This document shows, in pieces, positions 14,620-28,590 of a DNA stretch of 64,000 nucleotides. Positions within the stretch are counted from its first letter, which is position 1; the number at the start of each line of letters is the position of its first letter. Source of the DNA: Camelus dromedarius (taxonomy: Eukaryota); the NCBI RefSeq assembly GCF_036321535.1, contig NC_087437.1, positions 80,044,001-80,108,000 of the forward strand. The letters are read 5' to 3'. The position numbers and the translations under genes were made by a program. The notes under the pieces are model-generated. The model searched no databases. It was given only the letters and a program-made list of their open reading frames with translations, and was not told where the DNA came from.

Positions 14620-15480
14620 ATCTCTCAGCTTCTCTGCTTGTGTCTTTTATTTCTCTTCTCTTCTAAATCAAAGAAACAGCTACCACTTTTCCAAGGTTAA
14701 CTCCTCCACCTGTATGTACCTTTGATCTCTTCCATATTTTTCCCTCACTCTATTAATTATATTTTTGTTAGTATTCCCAGTCTCTGAATATTCTCCTTTT
14801 GCTCATGTATACTCAGCTGGCCACTGTCCTCCAATCCAAAAACCCTCCTTTCTCATTTACATTGCTGGCTCTGCTTACTCCTCTCTCTCCTTCACCACAA
14901 CAGTTGTTTAAACAACAGTCTATTTTCACACCTTTCCTTTTCCTATACTCATTCACTGCTCACTCACTGCACAGGGATTCAGCTCTCACACAGCTATTTC
15001 GGTCTCCGCCTCCCTCATCAGACCCAGGTCCATATTTCCTACCTCTGGGTAGAGGCTGACACTTTACATTCTGAAAGCACTTCAAAGTCATTATTTTCAA
15101 ACCCAATCTTTCTTTTTAAAACATGCAAATGCCTTGTACTTGTGGCGTCAGTCGATAGTATCAACATCCAGGTATCCAAGTCCAAAACATCCTCTGGTCT
15201 TCTCTTTCTCTCACCTCCCGAATGGAATCAGTCCTCAAGTTCCAGACCCAGTGAGTCTAACCACAAAACACTGTATCTGTAAACAGCGGTCTCCTGCTGC
15301 TGCTTCCACCACCACTGCCTTCACGATCTCTCTCTCTGCTTCTAACTTCATTCTGGCTTTCATACTTCCCCCAAAGTCTGCTTTCTAAAACAAAATGTGA
15401 CCACACCAAACCCTTAGAAAGGTAGGTTTAAAAAGACACAATGGCTCTTCATTGCCTACAAAGAAAAACACTTTCATTAC
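14620..15480 (+). mobile_element. L2 LINE body fragment (appears to resume at about 16030-16300 after an L1 insertion)
   Basis: Long pyrimidine-rich degenerate L2 sequence (ccaaggttaactcctccacctgt, ttctaaaacaaaatgtgacca...aatggctcttcattgcctaca). Confidence 0.6.
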
Positions 15481-15591
15481 ACCAATAACACAGAAACAAT
15501 TGAACCTGAAGTTATTGAAACCTCTAGGTCTAACTAGTTTACAGGTTACAGGAAAAGAGGAGAATGTTAATTGACACATCAGAGTTATAGT

Positions 15592-16022
15592 CAACCAGAT
15601 CCAGAGTGTTGGAATTCTACAAAATAAATGACCAGATTATTTAAAGAGATAAATGGCATTCTAGAAAAGCAAGAGACTGTTGTTATAAATTAAAATAGAC
15701 TTAGGACAGAGAATAATAAATGCACCATGTGAATGTTTTGGAGACAACTTGGATGAGAATTAGATGATATTAAGGAATTATTAAGTTTATTAGACATACA
15801 AGTGTAATGATTTTTAAAGTTCTTTTTAATTAGATATATATAATGAAACATGAAAAATGAGTTTATTTTAAAATATTTCACAGATGGGGTAGTAAGAAGG
15901 AGAGAAAAGTGAAACAAAATTTATAAATGTTGACAATGGATAAAGCTGGATGATTAGTATGAGTGCTTTTTTACTAATCTTTGCTTTTCCATATATTTGA
16001 AATTTTCCATAATAAAAATATT
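15592..16022 (+). mobile_element. Old L1 (L1MC/L1ME-type) 3' end
   Basis: aaccagatccagagtgttggaattctacaaaataaatgacc...tagatgatattaaggaattatt...tatatttgaaattttccataataaaa. Confidence 0.7.
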
Positions 16023-17010
16023 TTTTAAAGCCCTATCACTTGTGAAATTCAAAATCATTAAGAACCCTACCTTAACATACCTTTCTGGACTTACCTTGAG
16101 TCATTTCCCATTCTGATCTCCTTATTTTACCTAACCTGCCAAGTGCTTGCTTGCTAGGTCTGGGCACATGAAGACATTCCTGCATACTCTTGTCTTTATT
16201 CTGGAGAAGACAGTTTACCTCTTCAAATAAATTAGAAATCTCACATCAGCTACATAACCACCTACTGACTGCTCTGTGCAGGTGTGCTGCTGCCCTGGCA
16301 TGCTCCAGACACAGGACTACTGGCACAGAATGTGAACCATGGCAGAAGCTATTTCAGTTTGCATGGCATATATAGAAAAGCAGTTTCAGATTGTCTAGTC
16401 TTTGTTTTGTAAATATTGAACTGTGGTTCTATAACTTTAGCTGATGCAAAAAGATGAATACTTAAATGGAACCTTAAATTACCTGTAAAAAGTGTAGATT
16501 TTGGGAAACTGTGGGACACATCTATCAATATGGTCAAAATCTCATACCTGTCACAATACTGATGGGTGGCTGTAAAATGCATTTTGAAGCTGTGTAGTAT
16601 GTGAAAGCATACTTTGGTGGTGACCAACATTCCACTGAAATAGTATTTTTTGAATATTGCAAAATATTTCATACTTTCTTAAGTATCACTTATATATAAA
16701 TCTACTAGCATATAAGAACAGTTTTGAAAGAATTAACTTATGAGGAAAAAAGGCATCAATTAGGCAAATTTTGAATGAAATTAGCCTCTCCTGATTTTAT
16801 CAACCATTAGCCAATATTTTTCACATCTGTGAGCAGCCATTATAATAATATAAACTACAATGAACACTTTGTATGTTAATGTGGTTATAAATTACAACTT
16901 CAGAAAAATGTCTTTTGTCATTTGCCATTTGTTAATATCCACTTAATATAGATGGATATCCCCCTCATTTTCCATATGTATTTAAATGATTTACTATTCA
17001 AACATAATCA

Positions 17011-17241
<231 letters not shown>

Positions 17242-18849
17242 TCAACTCACTGTTGCATAGGCAGGCAATCTACGTTCATACAGGCAAAGCTCATTAAAGG
17301 CCTAAGGATTATTAAGAAATACTTATTAACAATGCGGCAGAGATTTTGGTTACAATATTTCAAAATTATTTTTTATTCTTTGACTCCAGTTTGCCAAGGG
17401 TGACAAAGCTAGGCTTCTGTAGTAGAAGAATTAAGATATGAACCATAACATTTGCAAAAGAAAGGTTCTTTTTTTATAACAGGAAGAACTCAAACCAAGT
17501 ATTTGGCAGATTCAAACAGCATAGCTGGGCAGACTGACCAGTTTGGAGGCAATGCTACACTTTCAAGTCCATAGTCAGAGGGATTTAGCATTCAATAGTT
17601 GATTTTCAGAGAATTCTTAATATTCTTGACCAAACAATGTGAGGGAAATTTTCCCCTCGGCAAAGGAATTCTAGAATATTGCTACTTCTCAAAAATCAAT
17701 GGTTTGTGCATCATTTTCTCAGAAAACACAGGAATAAAGCAAAAGGGAAAACAGAAAAATACAATGTGTGACATGACATCATGGTCCCTCCAATGACTGC
17801 TCATTGGTGGATAACAATAACTGATAACAGACATAAGAAAATCTTGAATTCTTAGGAGAAAGTAATGGAAGGTGATTTTTTTAAGTTGTCAATGTGTGTT
17901 GAACAAATAAATATAAATTGACTTTAATGCTTAAACACCAGTCAGTCTGATGTTTAAATTTTCCTGGATGTCCTTTTATTGGCCTAATAAGGTTAAAATA
18001 TCTTCTGGAAATGCCCAACTTATTCTCAGAGCACAGCTTATGCACTGGAAAAAAAAATCTTTGAGGTTGGTGGTTTTGGTCTGTGCATAAAAAACAAAAG
18101 GAAAATAAAAAAATTGTAAATAGCTTACTCAAATAATTTAGTGCATTTTTAAAGCTTTGGGTTTGGGGGAAAAATGGTGTTTTAGCTGTTCTTAAAGATC
18201 TACCCTTAGATGATTAATCAAATCTTTAGCAAAAGGAAGGAAATACATCTTGCTTTTGAATCATCATTTGAGCATAACAAGTTTATGGTGAACAAAGTCA
18301 CTTTGGTGAGGATGTGGGAAAGGAAACCATGAGTTTACTCCCAAAAACAGACAAAAAAAAAATATTAATTCAACAGGAGTTTCCTTCCTTCAGCATTATA
18401 ACATACCATTCAGGCACAAACCCAGTGACTTCTGAAGAAAAGCCACATGTCTGGTTAGCTTTGATCCCCAGGACACTCCATAAACAAGAGCCCAGACCCT
18501 GGGCTCTCTTGGCCACACCTATGCCTTCACTGTCTGGCTCCTCAGGGCACTTCAGAAAGACTAAGACAGCCTTGCTCTTTGGGAGTCCTTGGAAGACTTC
18601 TAGGAAAGACAGCAGCTTGTGTCTGAATAGTACGTCCCACCACACACACAGCGATTCTGTGCCCCCCACTTCCTTCTCATGAAGGGGTCCTATTAATTCC
18701 TAGAAGGCACCGACACTCTAGATTCACACTGTTGTCTTTCAATCTAGAGAGGTCTCCCACCCCTAGGGATTTAGAGTCTGGAATTTTCACTGATGAGTTT
18801 TTACTATTCATAAATGCTTTCCAGCTTTTATATGCCCTCACAGTAGAAA

Positions 18850-19060
18850 AATAACACTTACTGAGTGGACACTGTGCACAAAGGAGGAATCGTGCGCCAG
18901 ATCATTTACTTAAAGTCTCTCATTCATATCCTTATAAACAGTGGATGATATTAGAATTACTATTCCATACAAAGGAAAAGAAAAATAAGTCTCAGGATTC
19001 TAAAGTGACATGGAAAACAAGTAGAGGAACTAAAATTCAACTCCAGATCTTTCTGATACG
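18850..19060 (-). mobile_element. MIR SINE (degenerate)
   Basis: aacacttactgagtg...ctcattcatatccttataaac...aagtagaggaactaaaattcaactccagatct. Confidence 0.55.
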
Positions 19061-20097
19061 AGTTTGCTGCAAGACCTACCTGGATACCATCTGCTATAAA
19101 ATAAATTCAGTGGGGTTGTTTTGGTTGCCATTTACCAACAGTTGTTTTCCTTAGCTTTTCAAACTGTATGCCCTTCAATAGATCATTTCTTATGAAACGG
19201 AATAAACAATTCTTATGTAAGGAATGCAATTTGCTTAATAGATGTGTTTGATAATATGGACATTATGAGGGAGAAAATTACTTTTAGAAAAGGAAGATGA
19301 GGCCCTCCTTGTGAAAACAGAGAGAATTATTACCGTGGACTAAACTGGACACATCTGTGTTTACCAAAAATGGTTAAGAAACATGTGCCACTTGAAACAG
19401 TCTACTAATAGCAGTAGTAGTTTGTCAAAAAGAGGCATCTCTAGGCTCTGAACAAAACCTATATCTCTGTCATGGAGATTAAAATTCTTAATGGATTTTT
19501 TTTGATGAGAAGAAAGTAGAGGTAGAAGGCAGCTTGCTTTAACAGAAAATGCATTGATTTTGATATCAGCTGTTATGGATTCAAATCTCCCCTCAGTCGT
19601 TCTCCAGATTTGACATTTGAAAACCAAGATGATGATTATAAGACTTTATAAACTACAAGTATGTAAAGAACACAGCATAGTCCAACATACAGAAGGCACT
19701 CTCCATCCAGTGGAGAGGGATGGGAACAGGGCTGTGGTCCTCTGGCTGAGCCACCTGCTCTGGAGCTAGACTGCATGACACAATGGGGTCCCACGGGCTA
19801 GTAATGGCCCTGACTAGTTGAATCACATTATTATATTTATAATTGTATTCATACTGGTCTGTGTTTTAATATTAAGGTACATTAAGCAGGAGAATTTTAA
19901 ATGACACCCGTGTCCCTTGCATAGGCAATATCCACATTCTGATCCCTGTACCATTGGCAGTGTTCATGGCACTTTCAAGACTTTGGGAGGCTCTTTATAT
20001 TCCACTCACAAGATAAAACATAATGTTGAACTGTTAACATCCTCAGTCCTCTCTCCATCATTTCCTCGGCACATAGAAAACCTGACCATCAACTCAC

Positions 20098-20197
20098 AGT
20101 AGCAAGCTTGGAGATGTCACTTGTCCCAGTTCCTAAAATTCTTTTCTGAAAGGGGATTGCTTGAGATTTGGAGACTACACTGAGACTCTTTATATTC
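20098..20197 (-). promoter_or_regulatory. Candidate ZPLD1 core promoter and non-coding first exon
   Basis: Minus-strand GAATATAAAGAG (TATAAA at 20189-20194), then about 90 nt downstream a strong donor ACT|GTGAGT (GT at 20097-20096), ~2.9 kb upstream of the first coding exon, which begins with an acceptor and so needs an upstream exon. CRE-like TGACGTGA near 20351. No transcript evidence. Confidence 0.5.
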
Positions 20198-20987
20198 ATT
20201 AAAGCATAATGCTCTGTTTGCTTAGGCTCTCTAGCTGCTGGGCAGGTGCAGTTCTAGACATGTGTACCCCAGTCTTGACCTGGCTTAAAAAACTTAGCTG
20301 AGTTTCATGTCACCAGGTCAGACACCCTGTGTCTGTGGTCTACCCTGGGGTGACGTGAAATGCTTGCTGTTCCACTGTGGCTCCAGCAAACTCTGATTAG
20401 AGAACCTGAGCAGAAGCAATTCCCTTCTTCTCCAACATAACTAAGTATAGCAGTCAATGCCCCTACTTTGGTGCTAACAATGGTGTATAAAACTGCCGAA
20501 CACAGCCAATATTACAAGACATTTTAGTAACATATTCTTAGATAATAATAACCTTGAAGACATATATCATAGGTTTTTATACTTTTTTTAGCTCAGTACC
20601 TTCATAAATTTAAACTGATTGGAAAAGGGGAGATGATTGTACATATAATGTTGAATTTTAAGAAATTCAGAAGAGTTATTTTAAAGAGACACTTGCATCT
20701 CTCAAACTGGTACTAAGAGGCTCTGTGTTTTATACTTAGCAATATAAAGGAAGTTATATGCTAAGTGATTCGCTGTCAAATGTCAATATTTCTCATATTA
20801 AATTCTCTTTTTAAAATAACTTCTTCCAAAATGTGAATTTATAATTTATTTGCTTAAGATTGAACTTGGAGTGAGAAAAATATAATTTCACTTTTAATTC
20901 TCACTCAATTTTATATAAATTGATATAGTTCTGTCACAAACACTGCTCTTTGGATTTTATACATTCAATAATCTTTTTTTACCTTCC

Positions 20988-21165
20988 TTTGATTGAGGTC
21001 TCTTATGTACCAGATACTGTGCTGTGTTTAATATACAACTACTAACAGAGATTTAATTTTTATCCATGTAATAAATGTGGAAACAAAACCTAAGGTTTTT
21101 AATTAACTTGCCCAGGGTCACAGACCTAGTAAATGACAGAGCAGAATTCAAAACCAAGCTTGATC
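20988..21165 (-). mobile_element. MIR SINE
   Basis: ttatgtaccagatactgtgct...taacttgcccagggtcacagacctagtaaatgacagagcagaattcaaaacc (MIR core). Confidence 0.75.
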
Positions 21166-21404
21166 TTTGGAATTATAATCCTCTGTTTGACTTAATTGGA
21201 GTTTGTCAAATAAATAAAACTAATGTCTTGCTAATTTTCAGAAAGTAAATTATATTAATAATGTATTCTTAAAATATGCTTTGAACTAAATGATTCAGAT
21301 GATTGAGGCAAAGTATTTTTTAATATCTACATAATTGTAATGACTCTATTTCACTTAGGCAATGAGTGCATAAAGAATATTATTCTTTTCACAAATTGAT
21401 TTAA

Positions 21405-21625
21405 TGATAGTATTAGTGAGTTTTAAGGGCTGACTATGTACCAGAATGCTTTTTAAAGCATTCTTCTAAACATATTTTCTAACCAAATTATTCTCCTTAT
21501 TCTGAGGATGAAAAAACTAAGGCACAGAAATGTTAAGTAATTTGCCCAAGGTTAAAGAGACAACCAGTGTGAGAATCAAAATTCGATGCACAATGACTCC
21601 AGAAACCACCTTCAACTGTTATGTG
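21405..21625 (-). mobile_element. MIR SINE
   Basis: gactatgtaccag...gatgaaaaaactaaggcacagaaatgttaagtaatttgcccaaggt. Confidence 0.75.
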
Positions 21626-23963
21626 GCACTACCTTCTAAAAAATGATCCTTACAATAGTACGTCAAACGGAAATCTGGCAATTACTTGGTAAATTTAATC
21701 AATATTGATCTATTTCTGTATTCACTTTTCTTATATTATTAAGTGCTTACATGGACTTGGTACTGTCCAGGGGAGCTGAGGTACTGCACTTAGAAAAAAT
21801 TTTACATAGAACTTACATTTTAGGGAAAGTAAGAAGAAAACAAAATCTGTAAGTGAAATACAGAGCATACTTACAGTAAGTGCTATGGATAAAAATTAAG
21901 TAAAAGGAATGATAGGAAATTCTGGAGTGAAGGACAGGAAGTTTTGAAATTTTAAATAGTCAGGGATATAAATCAATCCATACAAATGAAGCTCAGCAGT
22001 AAAAACAACTTCAGTTATAAACTACCAAATCTACCTGTGTTTAATTTGTACTGCACTTTTTTTTTCTCTTTAGGTTCTTCCCAAATAAAACAGACTTTTA
22101 GTGCATAAATTATCCTCTGGGAATAACCTGGACACTTTGAAAAGCTGCATTAACCTTTTCAGATGAATAAAGGTGGCTCTTAGCACCCCAAAAAGGTAAT
22201 GCATTAACTAGCACCCCTGTGACATGAGAAAAAATGAGTATGTTGGTAAGTGCATTTATCTGCTCTTGAGAAAAAACTCTTGCAGAAACAATTTATCAAA
22301 GTTTCATACTTTCTTAATTTTATTCCCTTCATGTGGGCTACTCTGTATGATACTATTCTAGCTGGGAGGGAAAATAGAAAATTCAAACCAAAAATCATTT
22401 CTTCAAATCTTTCATCATCAATCTAAGGCTTGTGCATTTTTTAGTAAACCAAAGTGAATTGTTTTATCTCACAGATACCCAAAAATATGAAATGGATTCT
22501 TAGGCATTGGTGCTTACCCCAGTCCTCTCATTCTCAGCCCTCTTCTGCATGTTGACCGGTGACTCTGCACAGGCTCACTGTCTCTTACAGGGGCTTAACC
22601 TCTTTCCTGTTACTTCAGTATGACCCACCCAAGCCTGCTCCTCAGATACGATCAGAAAGAACTTATTAAGCTTTAAATAACTAGAAATATTTTGAAGAGT
22701 TCCCAGGGAAGGAAAGAAGAAATATGTGTATTTTAATTGAGATCAAAGTTTAAGTTCAAGGAATAAAGTTCTATTTCAGCCTTCAAAGCAACCAACAGGA
22801 ACCAGATAAGATCTGGGGCAAAAAGGCACCGAAGTTGTGCCAATCAAAACTGTCTTGTGGAGTCAAGTCTCACAGTGCTACATGGTCTTGCCTCTAGAAA
22901 AAGGACATATTCGCTCACCCTTCAAAATCACCAGCTTTAAAGTGCCGGAGACCACAACTATTTAATGAAGAAACATGTTTTCTGATCAGGTCTCTAGCCT
23001 GAAGCTCTACGTTCTTGATTTCTACGTTGCACTTGGACATTAGAAGCAACACATAAAAGGAAAATGAAAACATAAAACTTTCATCAGACATAGCCATTAT
23101 TACGTACATATACATTCTTTAACATAGAGTGTCTTTGTCTTGCTAAGCAAAGAATAAAACATACTGTGTACTTTCAGAATAGTGCTTCAGAGAAGGAGAC
23201 AGGTTTAGTCATCAAGAAGACATTTAGAAATGTTATGACTCTAAAGATGCTGATTTATACCATGAGGAAATATGAATGCTAAAGGCGGCTCCTAAGAGAG
23301 AAACCTACTCCGGTTTTCTCTGACACAACGTGAGTGTTCATTTATTTCCCTTTGCCCGCCTTTCTCATTTTTCTTTCTGTTGAGGGTTTTTCTCGAGTAC
23401 TCTACAGCATTTAAATGATCTACAGTGTTTAGTTTGGAACATTTATTCTAGCACCTTAGTTTTTGGGGTACTGATAGATTGAACTAAGTCACTCTAAAAG
23501 CATTTTTAAATAATTCACCACGTTCATTTTCAAGATACGTGTACATTTTTTTCTTTGGCAGGAGCTTTGAAGACATGTTAGTATATTGATTTTCCTTACC
23601 TTTTCATGAAATACAATGATAAGTTACTATTAAAGTGATAATTTAACTATTTATCTTAAATGTCCCTTTCCCTCTAATTAATTAAACAATTGACTATTAG
23701 CATGATCGTTTCAGAATGAAAATATTTCTCAACAGAGATCACATACAAAATATATATGAGCAGGCCTAGCACAGGAATCCACTAATCCGAAGGGACACCA
23801 TGCTGATATATTCTGGCTGGATATCAAACCATCTCCAAAAAATCAAAAGTATTTGCATGGATAACAATAACAAAAAAGATAACTTCATACCTTGGTCAAC
23901 TCCTACCAAGGTATAAAAGAGCCCCTTTCTATTAATACTCTACTATTTGATATTCCTCAGTTA

Positions 23964-24220
23964 GTTCATTCATTTATTTATTCACTCCACAAAATTTAAT
24001 GAGCAGTGTCTAAGTGTCAGATTTGGGACACTGGAATCAATCCAGTGGTGAGCAAAACAAACATGGCCCTTACCCTCATAGAGTTTACAAACCAAGGAGG
24101 GAAAATGTCATAAATAATGGCACACATGAAAAAGATACTTAAAAACATATCTGGTAAGTGCAATGAAAGAAAAGTAAAGGATGCCTGGAGAAAGCATAAC
24201 ATGTCCTGAGAGGAGACCAT
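23964..24220 (-). mobile_element. L2 LINE 3' end
   Basis: ttcattcatttatttattcac...gtgagcaaaacaaacatggcccttaccctcatagagtttaca. Confidence 0.7.
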
Positions 24221-24429
24221 TTCTAACACATTCGGGGGATCGCTTCTTACTGAGCAGTTAGGATCTATAGCTACCTCAGAGAGTCAGTTACTCCTGAAAT
24301 TCCCTGAATTGCCCATCTTTATGTGGGATTCCTGAGTAATATAATATTTTGAGTGAATTTCCTCCTGATCATTTCTGTTGTCCCAAAGCTCTTGATCCTT
24401 TCAGGAAAATAAGAATGAAACTTGTATTT

Positions 24430-24433
24430 AAAA

Positions 24434-24464
<31 letters not shown>

Positions 24465-24465
24465 T
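24430..24465. repeat. Poly(A) followed by (TA)n microsatellite
   Basis: aaaaaaaaaaaaatatatatatatatatatatatat. Confidence 0.95.
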
Positions 24466-25219
24466 TGCCTAATTCTGACTTCAAAACAGACTTCTTTTAA
24501 CTCAGAGTAGCCATAAATATCCATGGTTTTTAAGTGCTAAAGACAAAGAAGATTTTTGTTTTCTAACCTCTGGGCTTTAACTTGAAGAGCCAGACTTGGA
24601 AGACTTGGCCTAGAGTCTGTACTAAAATCCACAAAGAAGATGTGAGATATGCCAGCCACAGTGGACACAGCAAGGCAGTGATGCTACCTAAAGATCAAAC
24701 AGATGAGATTCCTCTGGTAAGGCCAATTAGGGCCACATGATGACAAATGGACTAAATGCCGTCACCAATGCCAGGACAGTAAGCGTTACTTTTAACCAGC
24801 TAGAGTATACACTAGTTACTGCTTTTTATTTTATTTACATAATTTTTTCTTTTTTCTCTCTTTAGTTAAAAAGAATGTTAGTTACTCCAATATCTTAATA
24901 GACTGATTCACCCATGTGACCTATGAGCATGTGGAAAAAGTGCGTCTCCCCTTCCTTAAGGCCTGGGTGCAAGCTGCAGCACCATATCAAGGGAAATGTG
25001 TTCAAGGGTTCTAGGTAGTTGTAACAGCTAAAAGAGATAACTGGAGAAATGGAAGCTAAGGTAATAACCTAGAATATTTGAGAAGACTTTCTCGTCCAAA
25101 CTTTCTACAAAGAAATAATCAAGGCTTGGTGGTCAGAAGTGACACCTAACATGCACTTCAAGTTTTCCTTTCACTTGGCTACACCCCCTCACCTATAACC
25201 TTCTCAGACTACAAAGGTG

Positions 25220-26160
25220 TTACCCACTGCTCTTCTCCTTACCTTGAAACGTGTTAAGAGTAGCGCATTCTAAGTCTCTCGTTCATGAACTCTCATCCAC
25301 TCTGCCTCTGGGACTTTGCTTTTTCCTCTCTCTCCCTCCTGAAATGACTCTTCTGTTTGTACTGGAAATCATCTAGTGGCCAAATCCAACAACTTTCTTT
25401 GTTTCTCACTCTTCTGGAATTCTTTGGGACAGCTGCAGTGTTGTCCACACACTTCCCTGTGCCCTAGTGCGTGCTTTCCTGCCCTAGTCCTCATGCCCTG
25501 CACACTCCTGCTTCTCCTTCCCTATGGTTGCTCATTTCTTACCACATTGGTCACTCTCCTCATCTTTCTAACCTTGGGACTCCCCAGCTCTTCTTGAACT
25601 ATATGAATTTAAACTTCCAGTCCCTATACTTTCCTTGTCATCAGATTTTCAGCTCTTCTCTCTCCTCACATCCAGATCTAAATATTCCATTTCCAAGTCC
25701 TGTATATCTCACACAATATACACAGAACTTAACTTTTCATCAAATCACATTTTTCTCCTATATTTTAGCCCTATGTTTCACTCAATAACTCCAACTAGAG
25801 TTTTTATAGTTATTTGCAACTCAAGCTCTATTGATCCTAGCCCTCACATAGATGCCAAATGCTTCACTCCTGTCCTCTGCAACCTCACTGGCATCTTTAC
25901 TTAAGTGCCTCATCATTTCTCAGTCTGACTCCAAACAATCCCTACGAGTGTATTTGACTTCTTCCTCACCCACTCCCACCTCATGCAATACGTGCTCCAG
26001 CATATGCTCTTATCACAGCTCCCAGAGTATGTCATGCTTTTGTTTGCTTTCTTTTTCTCGTATGAACTCTCCTCTGCTAACATGCTCTTTTTCTCGAGGT
26101 CAGATGCCTCCTTTGTGAAGTCCTTTCTGATCCTGGCTCCCTCCTGAATTATTCCCACAT
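25220..26160 (+). mobile_element. L2 LINE body fragment
   Basis: Long degenerate pyrimidine-rich stretch with L2 motifs (gtggccaaatccaac, gtcagatgcctcctttgtgaagtcctttctgat). Confidence 0.55.
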
Positions 26161-27524
26161 TCAATTTGCTTTGAGTAAGTTTGGCAACTTGCTAAGTATT
26201 TTGACATTGGCCCCAGGTTTAAACTAAAGTCAAGCACATCTTTTGTCTTGTCCCAGAGCTGCTAATAATCCATGGTGCAGAAAGGTCTCCTTGATTTTTC
26301 TGGTGGGAAAAAATGGGATTCTCCTTGCCTTTCTTTCCCAACTCTAACACTGACCCCTTACCACCCTAGTAAAAAGGGTTTGTTTGTTTGTTTTAATTTT
26401 GTGGTTGGAGCCCAGGCCTACTTGAAATGTGAGGCTGTGCCTAGTAAGATCTGGAGAACAGGAAACCTGGATGAGCCAGTGGAGCCACATGAGACCCCCT
26501 GGGGTAGGCTGGAGCCGCCTGGATTTACTTGTATCCATTCAAACATCTGCTATATTATGATAGCTGGATTTTAGGCGATCAAAGAAGACAGTGTGGAAAT
26601 GTTTTTCTAACTGTGCAGCACACAAAAGTCATTTAAATGTCCCCTCAACATGTGCATACATCCAAGGCCCACTGGAGCACTGAACAGCAACAGGAACTGG
26701 TATCATGCCCACGTTGTTAGCCTTGCTCCATTGTGATGGAAATCACAGGTGAAAGGGAGACAGACAGTGAGGAAGGAGGTGAGGTACGTGGTGGCATGGA
26801 GTGGAGACACAGTGCCTGTGACACAATATTCAAATCTCCAATTTTGTCTTAAAAAAAGCAAATCAAGCTGAGGATGACTCTACAATCTCCACAGCTGCAG
26901 GTAATTTGTCAAAAAGCTCATTCTCTATCTTTTTGGGGATAAAGCCCTATGGCCATATGAGACTTTAGCACTGAGATTAATTCTCCATGTTTGGAAGGCA
27001 GAAATGGGCAAAATAAGCAATGTGCATGGCTGAGCAGGTTGAATGGCAGGCGCCAAAGAGCAAATGATGCCAGCAAGCAGCAGCATTTCTGCTCACTCTC
27101 CTCCCAGGATCCTGTTCCTTTCAACATATTGTGCATGTACTTCAGGGGATGAATTCTGTAATATTCATTTATCAAATACATTATACTATTCCAAGGACTT
27201 TAATATTTATTATTCATTTGGAACTTACATATCTCCTATAACATCATAAAGCATTAGAGTTGGAAAACTCCTTAGAGATCATTCCTTTAACACCTGCGTT
27301 TACTAAAACCCAAAGAAATCTTAGTTTGCCTAAAATCCTGTGAGTAGTTAGTAATACTGGATCCTACACCTGCTGATTTTTCACTCTGGTAGCTCTTCCC
27401 ATAACCATAAGGAGCCACCTAGGCAAGAATTTGTTCATCAGATTCTTTATAAATTTTTATCTATTTATTTGTATAATTGTTATTGATAACTATTATTTAA
27501 CAGTTATTAAATGGTATTTATCAA

Positions 27525-27715
27525 TATTACCTTTTAATTCTCACTGCACACTTATGAGATAGGTACTATAACTGTCCCCATTCTATAGGTGAAGAAACTG
27601 AAGCACAGTTTAGTGTGCTTAGCACTTTAGGTCACTCACCTAGAAAGTGGTAGAGATGGCATCATCTGAACTCAGGTTATCTGGCTCCAGTCTGTGGTCT
27701 TAAACTTGAACTACT
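27525..27715 (-). mobile_element. MIR SINE
   Basis: tttaattctcac...cttatgagataggtactata...ccccattctataggtgaagaaactgaagcacag...tctggctccag. Confidence 0.8.
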
Positions 27716-28249
27716 TCCCTACTGTCTCCCTACCCTCCCTTTACACGCATGAAACATGAGGAGGTTTAGGAGAAGGGGATGAAGAGATGTTGACTATAAC
27801 TGAACAGTTAACCTCAAAGAATCTAAATTTAAACCAGAGTTGTCTTGAAATGGCAAGATTAGGTATTTCCCATCATGAGCAAAAATTGATGTCTTGTATA
27901 GTTTGAGTTCACTTATAGAGAAATAACAAAACTTCATTTGAACGCATCCAAGATGGCCAAGATGTCCAAAGATATCCAAGATATCTCTGCACAGAGATAT
28001 ACTCCATCTGTGAGCTCTTCACAGCTAATTTTTTTTCTTCTCACAATTAAATAGATTACTATCTTTGGAGACGAGATCTATATTATCAGGGTTACATTCT
28101 CAGATGCTGAGGCCACCACAAAATCTAACACAGCTTTGAGATGTGAAGATTCCAAAGAGATTATTTTCTCATATTTTTGTTTTACTTTCTCTATCCATTT
28201 ATATATCTGTTGTTGTGGTGATGGTGACTGTTGACTCATTTGGTATTAA

Positions 28250-28590
28250 TTTGCAGATATTTTGATCCTTAATATTTCAGCACACATTTCATAGGAAAGA
28301 AAGGACCTTCTCCACATAACCACAATACCATTACCAAACTCAAGAAAATTACAATTCATGCAGCATCCAGTATTAATTTAATATTCAATTTTCCCCAATT
28401 TACCAAAAGTATATTTTATGCCTGTTTTTCTCCTAATCCAGGATCCAAAAAAAAAAAAAAAGAAAAGAAAAGAAAGAGGAAAAGAGAAAGAGAGATCAAA
28501 GAGATAATAAAACTAAATGCAAAGGTTTATGTATTGTATTTGGGTTATTATATCCATTCAGTCTCTTGTAATACAGAAAATCTGACTGTT
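28250..28590 (-). mobile_element. Old L1 (L1MC/L1ME-type) 3' fragment with an A/GA-rich tract at about 28447-28495
   Basis: ccacataaccacaataccattaccaaactcaagaaaatt...atattcaattttccccaatt...taatccaggatcc. Confidence 0.6.
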
